64,000 nucleotides of DNA from the NCBI RefSeq assembly GCF_018350175.1, contig NC_058382.1, forward strand, positions 55,864,001 through 55,928,000, in the 5' to 3' direction. This DNA comes from Felis catus (taxonomy: Eukaryota). Below the pieces are notes generated by a model. The model worked only from the letters and a program-made list of their open reading frames with translations. It was not told where the DNA came from and did no database searches. A program made the translations under genes and the position numbers. Of the stretch, positions 36,466 to 48,790 are shown piece by piece; the stretch's first letter is position 1; each line of letters opens with the position of its first letter.

Positions 36466-36510
36466 ATGCAGCCGAGAACTCCGCTCCTCCTGTGCGTTCT
36501 CCTGTCCCAG
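36466..36510 (+). CDS. CDH13: Cadherin-13 (T-cadherin) coding exon 1: N-terminal signal-peptide codons MQPRTPLLLCVLLSQ, phase-0 donor
   Basis: The translation matches the CDH13 N-terminus as I recall it (human MQPRTPLVLCVLLSQ|V). The ATG has A at -3 (gcaaaATG), 45 coding nt end at CAG|GTAGGG, and the exon lies in a CpG island. Confidence 0.95.
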
Positions 36511-36721
36511 GTAGGGAAGAGGGGCAGCCGGGCGCGCCCCGCGCCCCGTTTCTGCATTCCGATCATCTGGCGCCGGCAGGGAGAGGGGGCTTTCGCGGGT
36601 CGGGGGACTGTGGGGCGCGGCGGCGAAGAAAGCCTGGGGCTCGAAGGGAGGTCATTCCCAGCCCCAGAGATCTTCGGGGCGCGGGGGGGGGGGGGAGGGG
36701 GGGCGGCGGTTTCCCACTCCG

Positions 36722-36723
<2 letters not shown>

Positions 36724-36763
<40 letters not shown>
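36724..36763 (+). repeat. (GT)n microsatellite about 210 bp into CDH13 intron 1
   Basis: Directly visible. Confidence 0.95.
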
Positions 36764-36766
<3 letters not shown>

Positions 36767-39700
36767 TTCAGGGGAGGAGGAGAGAGCTCCCGAGTCCCCC
36801 CCTTTTCTTTTCCGCAAGCAGGGGCGACATTCTCGCCTACATCAAGTGGGGTAACTTTGATTCGCCTCCTCCTCCGGTGGCTCATGTATTGGAGAAAGAC
36901 TCAGTTGGAGGCGACTCCAGCGAGTCGTGGTTTCCCCAGCGCAGCGCCGAACAGGGGAAAGCGCAGCTCCGGTCCGGATTGCGGGCTGCCGGGCTGGAGA
37001 GGCGGGCCTGGCATCGCCGACTTCCCGGGGCGCCCGGGCCCCCTCGCCCAGCCCCGCGGCGCGCAGGAAGGCGCCTCCCGCCAGCCCAGCGCTGCAGCCC
37101 GGCTGCTGCTGTCGCTCAAAGGCGCCGACTCTGGCCGCGCCCGCATCGGGGTTCTTTTCCTCCCCGACCTCGGGCCCAGAGCGCGTCCTCCCCCGCCCCC
37201 CGCCAGGACGCAGGCCCCAGCCCCCCGCGCCCCCTTTGTGCAGCCAGCTGGAGCCCCGGCTCGGAGCCCCGACTGCCGCCTCTGCTGCCTTCCCGGGCGG
37301 GCGCGGAGCGCAGAGAAAAGTTCAAGCCTTGCCCACCAGGGCTGCAGCTGCCTGTTAACCCTCGGAGCGCTGAGGCGCGAGGGAAGGACCGGGGATCCGG
37401 GAGAAGGCGGGGGGTGCGGTGCGACCGAGACGTGATTGTCCAGCTGCCGCCTCTGGATCTCCAAGATCTCGGGAAGTTTGTGTGCAGGAAAGCATACTCC
37501 GAGGAGGCCCGACCGGAGGTGCGGGCCGCTGAGGGGCACGCCCAGCCCTGTTCTGGGGCCTGTGGTTTCTGAGAGAGCAAGGCTACTCCGTCCCCGAGGC
37601 TTCCCTTGAAGCCCGTGGGACTCGGGATGAGCTGGCAGCCTACAAGTGGGTGGGTAAGATCAAGGCAGGGCCAGGCAGAGAGGAGGGAAGGAGACGGGGA
37701 GTGCTTTCGGCTGCTAGGAATGGGCGTTGAGTTCCTGGCCAGGACTCCTGGGTGCCAGGGGCCTGGGCACATGTGTGAGTGTGCGGGAGAGAGGGAGGGT
37801 GAGGCAGGCAGGATCCCAGGCTAGGGCTGGCAGGGATGTGGGGGTGCAGGGCATTGAAGGGAGGCCACTGCTGGACCCATGTTGGGGTTAGACTTTGGAA
37901 AGGGGCCAGTGTCCCAGGAACGCAGTGACCATGTAAATGACTTAAAGTGGGGGCTAGTAGGTGGATGCCGGTGTCTGGTAACCGGGTAAGGTGCTTGCCT
38001 ACGGAGCCCCTCCCCCACCCATGCTTTCCGTCTTCCCTGGATACACAGCCCCCATTCAGAACTGCCCAGTTACACTCCTTTCCTAACAGGGCCTTGCTGC
38101 CTGATTCTCTTGGTGGGGGGGGGGGGGGGGGTGTCCCTGTAACCTCAAGTCCTGCCACAAATCTTATGTCTATCTGTGGACCAGTTTTCCAGACTTTCTG
38201 GACTCCAGTGGTCCCTGAGGCTGTATGTATGTACATATATCCCTATTTAGCAGGACGGTTCAGAGGATGCTTCTGATTCAGACAGATCCTCTCTGCCATA
38301 TGCTACTGGTACCACCTTGGGCACGTTGTTGAACATCTCTGGGCTTTCTGATTCTCCACTGTAAAATAATCTCTCCGCCTTCCTGGGATCGCCAGGCAGA
38401 TTGATTGCATTCAACAGGATGTCCTAGGTAATGCATTTGCCATGAGGCCTGGCACACTGGGAACTGTTGGTGTCTGGGAGCACTTCCCTCCCACCCTGCC
38501 TTTCCCTAGGGCTTTACAGTCCTTTTCTCTCTCAGCGTGCTGGGACCTCAGTCAGGGTCGCAGGGCTGGCCCAAAGTTATGCCTCCTTTTGAGCAAGACA
38601 GACCATGTGGTAGCACCCAGCAATCCCTGTGCACCAGAGGCTCCTCACAGGATACCTTTTGCAAAGCAACTGGTGTGTCTTCTCCTGCAGGGCCCAGCCA
38701 GCACAGGTGGGTTCTGCAGGCTGTGAGCTCACTCATTCCTAAGTGTGGGGCAGCAGAGGTGTCACCAGGAATCGAATCGCCTGCTCTCAGAGGCTTGTTT
38801 CTGTCTTATATTATTACCCGTAATCAGAGCAGTCGTCCACATTAGGACGCTAAGTGATATCCTGGTTGCAACAGCACCTTGCAGAGAAATCATTTTGGTG
38901 TAGTTCATTTCATGGGCAAGAGGTTCCAGGCCACAGCTCCGTGTGCCATAGGGAAAAGCGGGGAAAGTCTTAGAGCCTTTGAGTCCACCAGCGAACACAG
39001 AACTTTCTTGAGGCAGAGAGAAAACATACGGAAGGGAAAAACAATGTAATAAAGCAAATTAGTCACTCGGTCCTAAGTGGTGTTCAGGCAAGCATGTATG
39101 TGTTTTTCCATCAGAGTTGTAATATTCTGGCTCTGGCTTTGGAAGCCATCAATCTCTGTAAGTTTATTGGCTAGGTTGCTCTTTTAGGCATTTTGGAAAG
39201 GGGAAGAGGAATTCTAAGCAACAATGGCTGGAAGCTGGCAAAATTGAGAGGCAGTGGCCTCTCTTCTCCCCTGGGGTGTTTTGGGAAAGGCTGTCCCAGA
39301 AGTGGCCTCTGGCATTTGGCTATGATAGATAATGAGTGTGAAACAAATCAAGGGAGGCATGACATAGAAATTCCACTGTAAATATGATTCCCCGCCCCCC
39401 TATTTGGGTATGGCTTACAAGTAGCCAAAAGTTCTAACAATGAATGAGTAATCCCCCAAGAATTAGAATTTTAGGGAGTGGTTCAGGTTTGGAGAGCAGT
39501 CACTTGGGAGTGCCTAAAAACGTTCCACAGGGTTCTGAGATGTTGATTTAAAATGGGGCTCTTTCTTGGAGGCATCTTGATTTTCAGGATTCTAAATGAG
39601 AACCTGTGTGTTTTTGTACCCCCAGAACATCATAGATTGTAGTTTAAGGGCAGTGTTTATTTGCAGAACCTTTCTGATGAGGAGAAAAGATTATGGGAGT

Positions 39701-41319
39701 AGCAGAGGGCACCCCCAGCCCTGACGTGGGGGCCACATGTGACAACCCATAAGATTTGAAACTGGGGAAACAGAGACGTAAGTGGTGAGAAGAGTCAAAG
39801 TGGTAGAGTTCAGATGGCTGAACAATTTTTTTAGCAAGTTCCCGAGGAGATTTAATAAACTGCAAGGCTGAATATGTGATCTGGAGTTTATGTAATGCCA
39901 CAGTCTATATTAAAAGCCCAACAGTCATCTTAGCTAATCTCTTCTGCTCGGCTTCCCTCCCTTCTCTCCTTTGCTATCTTTAGCCCTTGGGTTTTCCATT
40001 AAATAAAATCTAATTCCTTCTAGAAGTGTCTCCTATGTGTTATAGTAAAATTGCCTCACAAACCAATGTACCCAATAAGTGCAGTGTCTAGAAGGACTGG
40101 CATTTGCCTGTGTGCATCGAATCTCAGTTGGAAGTTTACTGTTTCAGCAAAACTACGGGTAGGCTCTTGAGAATATCCTTCTTTTCTTTCCCTCCTTCCA
40201 GAAAGACCGTTGCTTGGGAGAATCCAGTTTATTTCCGTTCAGTGGAAGGGAAGGAAAATGCCAAGCTATGGATTCAGTGACAGTCATATCGTCGAAGTAG
40301 CCAACAGTGTTTCCTATTTCTTTGTGCCTGTGTCCATCTCTGTGTGTTTTGATCTTGTTTTAATACCTGTTGAAAAATTTCTCCAGAAGAGGGCTCCATC
40401 CACAGCATTACAAAATTCTGAATCTACAGCTGCTATATTTTAAAGAACCTCAGCGTAGTCACTCTATCAACACACTACTCTTCTCCTTATTCCCAATTAT
40501 TTTCTGGAAGCTACCCCAATGAGAAGTCCTACCGTTTTGCACTCAGTATCTTTCCTCCTTTATTCCCTACTATAGTTGCTTCTGTTCCATCTTATTCTTC
40601 AACTACGTTTCCCCTCTGAGTATTAGAGCAGGGAACATTTCAAAGACCTTTGTAGACAATACAAAATGAAATGTGAGGAAGTTCTGAAATTTCCTGGCAT
40701 TTGATTTCATTTGGACCCGGTTTTTCTCTTTAGGCAGCCAAAAGGCAGGCACAGTTACCCCACTAGGTAACTACCCAGAAGAATGACTCATGAGCCGGAT
40801 TCGCTCACCCTCCGGCACCAGTTGAAAAGGAGAGGGAAATATGTCTGTCATCCAATTACAATAATCAGTTGGGCAGAATCAAATCAAGTGACCAGTGGTT
40901 TTGGCATTATTTCCACTTAGCTGCGGGCAAGGTGCCCACGCGCCTGGGAGAATCGGAGCCTCCTGAAGGTTGCTGCCAATACAGTTGCCCGCAGCCTGTC
41001 TCCTCTGTAGCTACCTGGGGATCCCCTGGCTCCTCCTCCCTGAGCAGACAGGACAGATGATGATGGGCTGGACTGTAGGATCCCCTTCACTAGGCACTAA
41101 GTAGTGGCTTAGAGTAGAAAGCAGCCGCTCTTCACTCCTGAGAGAAGCAGCTAAGGGCAGGCCAGAGAAGAGAAGAAATGGCATTTCAGACTTGAAACAC
41201 AGACTGAAGTAGGGTTCATGTTGGTGAATGGGTCGCCCTTTGGCCCAGCAGGTTGAACCTCGAGACACCTGCCTGGCAGTACTAAAGCTCACACATCCCA
41301 ATTCTGCAACTCTGGCTTC

Positions 41320-41625
41320 TGGGCAAAGCAGCCACAGGCCAAATGTAGATTCTGGATGTGTTTTGTTGGGCCCAAATGTTTTGAAAAGTTGGAAATCGTA
41401 CATTAAAAAAAAAATCCAGGTCTCCTGCATTTCTTAAAATGTCAGAAGGTCAGGGAACCTGAGAGCTGCCCTCCCACTTGGCCGCACTTCACTAGAGGGG
41501 AGTTACTACTGCCCCCTTTAGGCGGGACATGCCTCTGTAATTTGCCACAGTCCCCACCAGCCCCTAGTACTCACCCACCGGTTGTACCTGCTTATTTTGC
41601 CCCATAGCCATTTGTGTTGGGAACT
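41320..41625 (+). mobile_element. MER102-like hAT-Charlie element
   Basis: Contains tgtgttttgttgggccc, ctgccccctttaggcggg, ttgccacagtccccacca and gccatttgtgttg. Confidence 0.65.
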
Positions 41626-41664
41626 TCCGCTTTCACAAATTTTGAGACTTAATCGCATTGACGC

Positions 41665-41665
<1 letters not shown>

Positions 41666-41704
<39 letters not shown>
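41666..41704 (+). repeat. (GT)n microsatellite
   Basis: Directly visible. Confidence 0.95.
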
Positions 41705-41706
<2 letters not shown>

Positions 41707-43067
41707 TGAGTGATAGGCTATTTGGAAAGGAAGGGACATGCCTCTTTTTGATCACTGTGATTGAACTAGATCGACACTTGCTTTGGAAGAACAAAAGGGA
41801 CTGCACCTCCTTCCTGAGAACATTCCTACCATCAGTGCCGTTGGGTGACTGGGGGTACCCAGAACACCAGGACACCCAGATCATCGCTCCGTGTGTAATA
41901 GTTACACCCAGAGAAGTAATGCACCGCAGCTTTGAGTCAGTCAGGTTGTGGGTACAGCGGAGTGTTGGTACAGCCCAAACATTGCTCTGCATCAACAGTC
42001 CCAGGGCTCTGGGATGGCTTGTAGGCCCCAGTGCACTGTTAGACCAGGAAGCATCTGTGCCCTTGGAGTACAGTGACTTTCTGGGCATTGTCATTCCAAC
42101 AGTGTTGCTCACCCACAGTATGAGTGTCATCAGAACATCACAATAACTTATTGTACTCAGCCCTGCAGGGGACTCTGGGAGCACCGAACCAGCTCTCAGA
42201 GCATTTGTAACTTCAAGGTAACGTTAGTTCCAGAGCTTTGTTGCCTAGAGTACATTTATACACAGGACATTGTCACCCCTACCACCAACTGGAGTTTGTA
42301 TGATGTTTTTATAACTGTTTTTAATACTTAACACCCACTATAGTCTACCCATAGTGTTAATGCTGTAATTGATGTCCTCTGGCTCCATAAATACTAGACT
42401 AATCTGTCCACCCATCCTATCCCAAGAGGTAAGCCTCAGATAACTTGTTTTCCTTAGCCTCAGACCTCAAAGATCAGGGTAAATATAACTACACATATAC
42501 AAAAAAAAAAAAAAAAAAGGTGATTGTTTTTCCTCCGTCAGTTGCCAAGAGAAGTCAAATTCCTGAAAATTAGCATTAGGAATAGGCACGTTTTGACATG
42601 TCATGTCTCATTTCAAAGGCCTCAGCAGGCGTCACCCAATCTGCTACAGAAGCACAAAGCCCCTGTGTCTCCCAGCTGAGTGGAGGCCGGGCTGGGGTGC
42701 AGGGCCGCAGCTGTTCAGCCGAGAGCAGCCCCTGCCACATGCCTGGGCAGGGCCAGGAAGTGAGCTCAGCCTCTGGAGGAGCCCAGGGACCCTGCAAGGA
42801 ATGTGGCAGACTCCATCCCTGCCTTCTGCGGCCTCTGGGCCAAAGTCTCTCTCCTCTGGGGGTGGCAGGGAACCGCTTCTCCACGAGCTGCCTGACGCGG
42901 TGCCTGCAAGTGCCTGGAGCTTGGGCCTGTGTGGTAATCTCCCTCTTAGCAGGAGTAGGGCCTGCAGAAGTTTGCCAGACCCTGCCCGCGGAACCCGTGG
43001 ATGGCTCAGGCCATACAGGCTCTGCCTTCAACTGCCATGTGCTGCTGGGCATCTGGGATCATCTAAC

Positions 43068-43275
43068 TCAGGGGTTGCAAAGGGCAGCCTGTGGGCTAAT
43101 TCTTGCCTGCAGCCTGTTTTTATAAATAGTTTTATTGGAACATAGCCATGCCCATTCATTTATATAATTGTCTATGGCCGAGCGTGTGCTATAACAACAG
43201 AGTTGACACCATATGGCCACAAAGCCTAAAATATTTACTATTTGGCCCTTTACAGAACAAGTTTGCTGACTCCTG
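43068..43275 (+). mobile_element. MER58A-like MITE
   Basis: Contains caggggttgcaaa, ttttattggaacatagccatgcccattcattt and aaagcctaaaatatttactatttggccctttacagaacaagtttgctgactcctg. Confidence 0.85.
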
Positions 43276-45273
43276 TTCTGACTCAAAATGACAGCCAGAG
43301 GGACTGTAGGGAACTTTCTCAAGGGGCAGGGAGCCATTAGGGATTCAGTCATCAGGGACTGTCCCCTCCAAGCCCCAAGCACTCAAACAACTTGACTTTA
43401 AGGAGATTTACCTGGGACTGAGTGGATCAGTAAGTATCTGTGATATCCACAGAGGACCTACTATGTGCTCAGGTTACGACTCCTGGTAAGGCCGACTCAG
43501 TCTCTGCTGTCTTGGGGTTCAGGCCTCGAGAGATCCCTGGGCAGCGGAGATCAAGGTCAATTACTGAATAATTCGAAGCAGAGAAACTGCTATGACCAAA
43601 GAAGACACAGTTGTGTGAAGTTGTGCTGTTCTATCCAGTGTGCTGGTCTGTGCCTCGTCTTTCTCCCCCACTAAAATATAAGGTCCATCACAGCACATGC
43701 TGTTGTCTGATTGGTTTACTTCTGCATCCCTAGGGCCTAGGACAGTGCTGGTGTACAGCAGGCCCTCAGCAAACGTGAATGAATGAATGAAAGAATGAAT
43801 GAATATAAGAAAGGCATCAGATCCAGATGAAGGACCTGGGAGGCTTCCCTGATAGCCTGATGCTTCATCACAGTCTGGAGGAGTAGTGAGCCTTGCAGAC
43901 AGGGGAATGCCAGAAGGTGTGGGCAGGGAAAAGCATTCCAGGCAGAAGGCACAGCCTGGGGGAAGTCTCTGTGCGGGAGGAAATAACCACGATAGGAGGA
44001 GCAGCTGGGTGGTGCCAGAGCCCCTGGGATTTGGCAGCCACCACAGGGATTTTGGTGTTTGTCCTGGAGCAGTGGGAAGCCATTGCAACTAACAAGGGGA
44101 GGGTGTGGTGTGACAAGGTCGTATTTTCACTTTGGAAAGGTCACCCTGGCTGTAGTGTGGGGAATGGATCGACACCGGGTACGAACGGAAGTGAGAAGCC
44201 AGTCCAGGCCTGAGGTCGCAGGAGTAACAGTGCAGGAGAGAGGAAACAGACGCACCACTCAGAGCATCCAAGAGACATTTAGGGCAGAACCTGGCAGGGC
44301 TCGGTCTCTGGGTTCGCAGATGGCAGAGCACGGGCCAGGGAGGGGTGAAGTAGCGAGCTTGAGTTCTGACTCTTTCAATTGGCAGGGAGCTGCCAATTGC
44401 CCAAAGAAGGAACCCAGGTGTTTGACATCATAAGCAGGGTCTGAGGGCCGTTTCCATGGGGCTGTTAGCCAGCCTGCACCAATGCTCCTTGGGAGAGGCA
44501 TCCCGGGCCCCCATGACACCCATGCTCATGGATCCAGTCCGTGTTCGCACCTGGGACGGGCACTGTGGGGGCCTGGAAGTGCCCTTGTCTAGAGAGACTG
44601 ATGCGTCGCCTCTATAATTAACCAATCTCTGAGGCTTTTCATGCAAAAGATATTTGGGAGAAACATTGCCAAGCCCTTTAATCGTTTCTTGAACATTCAA
44701 TCAGCAGCACTAGAAATATTTCTTACATGAAGCAAATAATGATCTACTACTTTCGGCAATCACTTTCCGAATGCTAACAAGTCTTCATTTCTGCATGTTG
44801 GATGTGGCCTTGGTGACTCTTCTGTTTCCAGATGCGGTAGAATCTTCAGCTGGGTGCTGGGGAGTAGTATGCTGGTAAATGTTTAAAAACTGGCTCTCTC
44901 TCTCTCTCTCTCAAAAAAAAAAAAAAAAAAAAAAAGCAGCACAGCTATGTTATCCTCCAAAGATGAGGGATACACAGGTGTCTGCTCCTTAAGTATTTAT
45001 TGAGGAATTTAGGGAATTTGTAGGGAAACAGGACGAGCCTGGAATCTGTTCTCAGGGGGCTTGCTACCTACAGAGGGCAACCACAAGAAAATAAATAGCT
45101 GAAATAATACGAATTTGGTAATTGTTACAATAGGAGACAATAGAGACTAAAACAGCTCAAAGGGGTGGTTGCTGTGACCTCCCTCCCATCCTTCCATTTT
45201 GCCCTCCCTCCCCCACCACTTGCATCCATGTTTTCTTCTTTCTTCCCATAATTATTAAAATCTACCAGGGGCA

Positions 45274-45474
45274 GGGACACCTGGGGGGCTCAGTTGGTTA
45301 AGCTCCGGTCATGATTTCGCCCTTTGTGAGTTTGAGCCCCACGTGCATCTGGCTCTGTGCTGACAGCTCAGAGCCTGGAGCCTGCTTTGGATACTGTGTC
45401 TCCCCGTCTCTCTGCCCCTCCCCTGCTCTGTTCTCTTTCTCTCAAAAATAAATAAACATTAAAAAATTAAAAAA
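45274..45474 (+). mobile_element. Can-SINE (SINEC_Fc-like)
   Basis: SINE body gctctgtgctgacagctcagagcctggagcctg and poly-A tail. Imperfect TSD aaaatctaccaggggc (45257-45272) / aaaacctaccaggtgc (45475-45490). Confidence 0.9.
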
Positions 45475-46163
45475 AAAACCTACCAGGTGCCAAGAATGCT
45501 GCTGATTTGGGGATGCAGAGGTGAATACAACACCTGGTCCTGAATAGGGCCCGTGCTGGAAGTGACTCAGGGCCTATGGTCTGCTAGGACTCAGAGGAAC
45601 GAGCGTCTCAGCTTGCTTCAGAGAGTTAGGAAGACTTCTGAGATTTTAAGAAGTGAGTTTGAATCCTGGCCATCTGCGTGCTGTGTGACCTCAGATGAGT
45701 TACCTTATTTCCCTCCTCTTCTGTTTCCTCCTGCGTCTGGACAAGGAGAGGGAGTAGGTGTAACTGCCCAGCAGGGTTCCGGTTACATCCACGTATGCTC
45801 ATGACCCCATCCGGTGGCTGACAAATGCTCTATGGATGCTAAAGGAATGTTGGTGTATTAACGTGCACATACTGTGCTCCAGGGGAGCTTGTGGCTTGCA
45901 GGCACCACGGGGCCTTGGCCTTGATCATCTGAGTAACCTAGAGGGGAAGAACATGCTCGTGTATTTAAAATGCATGGGCATTAAAAAATAAATAAATAAA
46001 GTTTGCTTTCTAGAGAAGGATTTGCCAGTTCCCATATTGGTAGCTCCCCAAAGATGGCTCCCTTTGGGATTTCATGCCTCATAAAATCACTTGATCTGGT
46101 GGGATCTTATCTACTAGATGTATCTTCTTAGCAGCTGTTTCCCTGGAGGCTTTTTCAGGGCAC

Positions 46164-46188
46164 TGTGTGTGTGTGTGTGTGTGTGTGT
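46164..46188 (+). repeat. (TG)n microsatellite
   Basis: Directly visible. Confidence 0.9.
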
Positions 46189-47869
46189 ACATGTGAGCAC
46201 CGTGAGCACTTATGATTATGATTTAAAATATATCAAAATACCTGTAGCAAATTTACTGTACAATTTATTGCTATGTGCTGGTTGCATACATTAGCTCAAA
46301 TCTTTATTGCAAGCCTTAGGGACAACTATTCTTAACCCATTTTATATATGAAGAAAAGAAGTGCAGAGTGGTTGAGTCATTTGCCTAAGGCCACACAGCC
46401 CCTAGGAATGCAGACCAGGGATTGGGCCCATGCATTTCTGATTCTTGTGCATATGAGTTTTCCTCCATATTTCACTCATGTATGAAAGCTTCCTCCCTTA
46501 TCCCCCCAAAGGTTGTAAGAGTTTTCTTCCTTGACTATTTTGTTTTCTGGCTCTCCTGGAGTTAAAATGGCTGCTTGTAGTGACCCCATTTTTGAATTCC
46601 TGGTCTCTAAAAGTGGGCCTGGGACCTGGGCCTCCTGTCTGGGTTAATGATTGCAACCTTCAGAACTGGGTTAGCCCAGGATCAGTTATGTTGTCACTGA
46701 GTCCTTGCTGTTGACCAGGGACCACCACCCATCCACACTGCATGCTTTGCTCAGCGAGAATGGCTGTCTTGCTAAGAATAGCCACACAGATGCTGGGACT
46801 GAGCCAGGGTGTGGTTCCTCTGTGGCCTCCAGCGCAGGTAAATTCTCTCATGGTAAATTTGCTGGCTGTTTCCTGTCTGCTGCTAAGCTCTGAGGCTGGA
46901 TGGCATTCCTCCCCAAGGGTGCCGAGGGGCTCCAATGTTCCCTGAGCGCCACTGACTACAACAACATTTTCCCCAATCCATAGGAAAATGAGAAATATAC
47001 AGCCTGCAGCTATATTGAAACACACAGATCTATGGTGCATTGCAACTGAACTGAATCTAACCTGAAGTGTAGTTCTGTTTTACCAGAAGCGTTTTCTTTT
47101 TTCCTTTTAATTCAGTTTAAGTGCCTTTAGTCAGGGTAGCCATTGATTCAGTGAACATTTGCTGAGCGCCTATTATGTACCTGGCACTGTCTTATGTACT
47201 GGTGGCATAGCAGAGGGGCTCACAGGGCCCCTGTGCAGATGGGTGGACACATGCTCACCCTGCCCCAGCCCTCACCACTCCACATGGTGGCCTTGCATTG
47301 CTGCCTCTCTCAGGACGTTTGGATCTGTGCACCCCAATGTGTACATCTCATGTTTCAGTCATTTAACAAGTATTAGCTGATCAGCCACTGTGTCGCAGCA
47401 TGATGCTTTACACTGGGTTAGCAACAGTGGTTAAGAAAGACGGGATTGCCTGCCTTCACAGAGTCTACCTTCCAATGACGGACAGAGGCAGTAAACCACA
47501 AAAATAAGTAAATATAATTTTGGATAGTGATAGTGCTGTAAAACAATTGCATTTGGATAGTCAGTTGCTCTGAGTTTATCCACAGCCCTCCCTTGGGATG
47601 GAAAGTTCATTGTTCTGATGTGATGACCTTTTTAGTTTCAGGGATGAAATGTCCTATTGTTTGTAAATGAAGTTGGCTAACTACTGCCTATCATAGTTTT
47701 ATCTTCAATTTATGATGGTAAATAGAGTGGTAAAGTGTTGTTGCCAAACCTTTGTCCATTCTCTATTTTTTGTTTTTCTTGAAATTTTGCTTTTGGGAAT
47801 CTAAAGATACGGTAACCAAAGATTTGCACTACAGGTGGGTAATCTCTTTCTGCAAAGAATAAAATATAT

Positions 47870-48043
47870 ATCTATAGAATAAAAATATGTCTCTCTTGCA
47901 GCTACTCAACACTATCCATGTAGTGTGAAAACAGTTACATACAGTATGTAAACAAATGGGCAGGGCTGTATTTCAATAAAACTTTATTTACAAAACCAGG
48001 CAGAGCTGGATTTGGCCCTCAGGCTGTAGTTTGCCAACTTCTG
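47870..48043 (-). mobile_element. MER58A-like MITE fragment
   Basis: Contains gcagctactcaac, ttcaataaaactttatttacaaaaccaggc and ggatttggccctcaggctgtagtttgccaacttctg. Confidence 0.75.
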
Positions 48044-48337
48044 ATCAAATCCATTAGCCGCCTTACTGGTTGGTTAAACTGGGATAGGGTCAAGACTAAG
48101 GAGAGAGACGAGACGTTTTCTCTGGCCTGTTGTTACCATGAGAACTGTGGCAGTTCTTTAGGGACACAGTATCACTTGATTATTCCATGTTAGCTTTGTT
48201 CAAGGTAAAGATTAACCATGAAACATCATTCTCAGACCAGCTCTAAACTATCTAATAATTTAGCTTTTTTAGTAATTATCTGGACTACAATTCTTAAGGC
48301 TTCCTTGCCACCCAAAAGTATATTGATGTTAAACACT

Positions 48338-48790
48338 GTATCTTAGGTTGTGTTCCCCCAAACAGTGACAGAGATACAGGCTTGGATGCAGGGAGCTAAT
48401 CTGAGAGATGATCCCAAGGCACAGAAGTGAGGAACACGAAACAAGAAAGAAGGAAAGCCAATAAAGAACCTGTCATTGAGCTGGCTATGGTCATGAGCAA
48501 CTAGGGCTCCTTACTGCCGGGGCCCCTCAGCACTGCGTGAAACTTGCTTCAGAATGGTCCCTTTGTAGGATGGGAGGCTGGGGTGGATATCCACTATCCC
48601 AGTCTTCCATTGGTCAAGGGTGGCCCCTGGCACCATTAATTTCTCTGTGTTTCCCCACTGAACCTTTGTGGCTCTGGAGGAGCAACCATGGTTTTGGAAG
48701 AGTCCTGAGTGGGAAAGTAGAGAGGTGTGGCATGGACTTAGACTGGCAGTATATGTCCTGGGTAGGGCATGAGTATGTAAGAGATTTCAG
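48338..48790. mobile_element. Old MaLR LTR (MLT1K/L-like)
   Basis: Contains tgtatcttaggttgtgttccccc, gagatgatcccaagg, aaggaaagccaataaag and ccattggtcaagggtggcccctgg. Confidence 0.55.

Larger units (their letters stand above)
36080..37620. promoter_or_regulatory. CDH13: CpG island covering the CDH13 promoter, 5' UTR, exon 1 and start of intron 1
   Basis: Sharp rise in GC and CpG density relative to the CpG-depleted flanks. Boundaries judged by eye. Confidence 0.9.

Noticed and set aside
36466..37572. 368-aa ORF starting at the CDH13 ATG
   Set aside because: Only the first 15 codons are CDH13. The rest reads through the splice donor into GC-rich intron, including a (GT)n giving VCVCVC, where stop codons are scarce.
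36492..38276. Many overlapping 100-235 aa ORFs on both strands
   Set aside because: Expected by-product of CpG-island composition; Pro/Arg/Gly/Ala-rich with no recognisable domain.
41518..44700. Cluster of 140-180 aa ORFs in intron 1
   Set aside because: Overlapping on both strands, partly running into MER58, L2 or microsatellite sequence, and no cadherin or other recognisable peptide.
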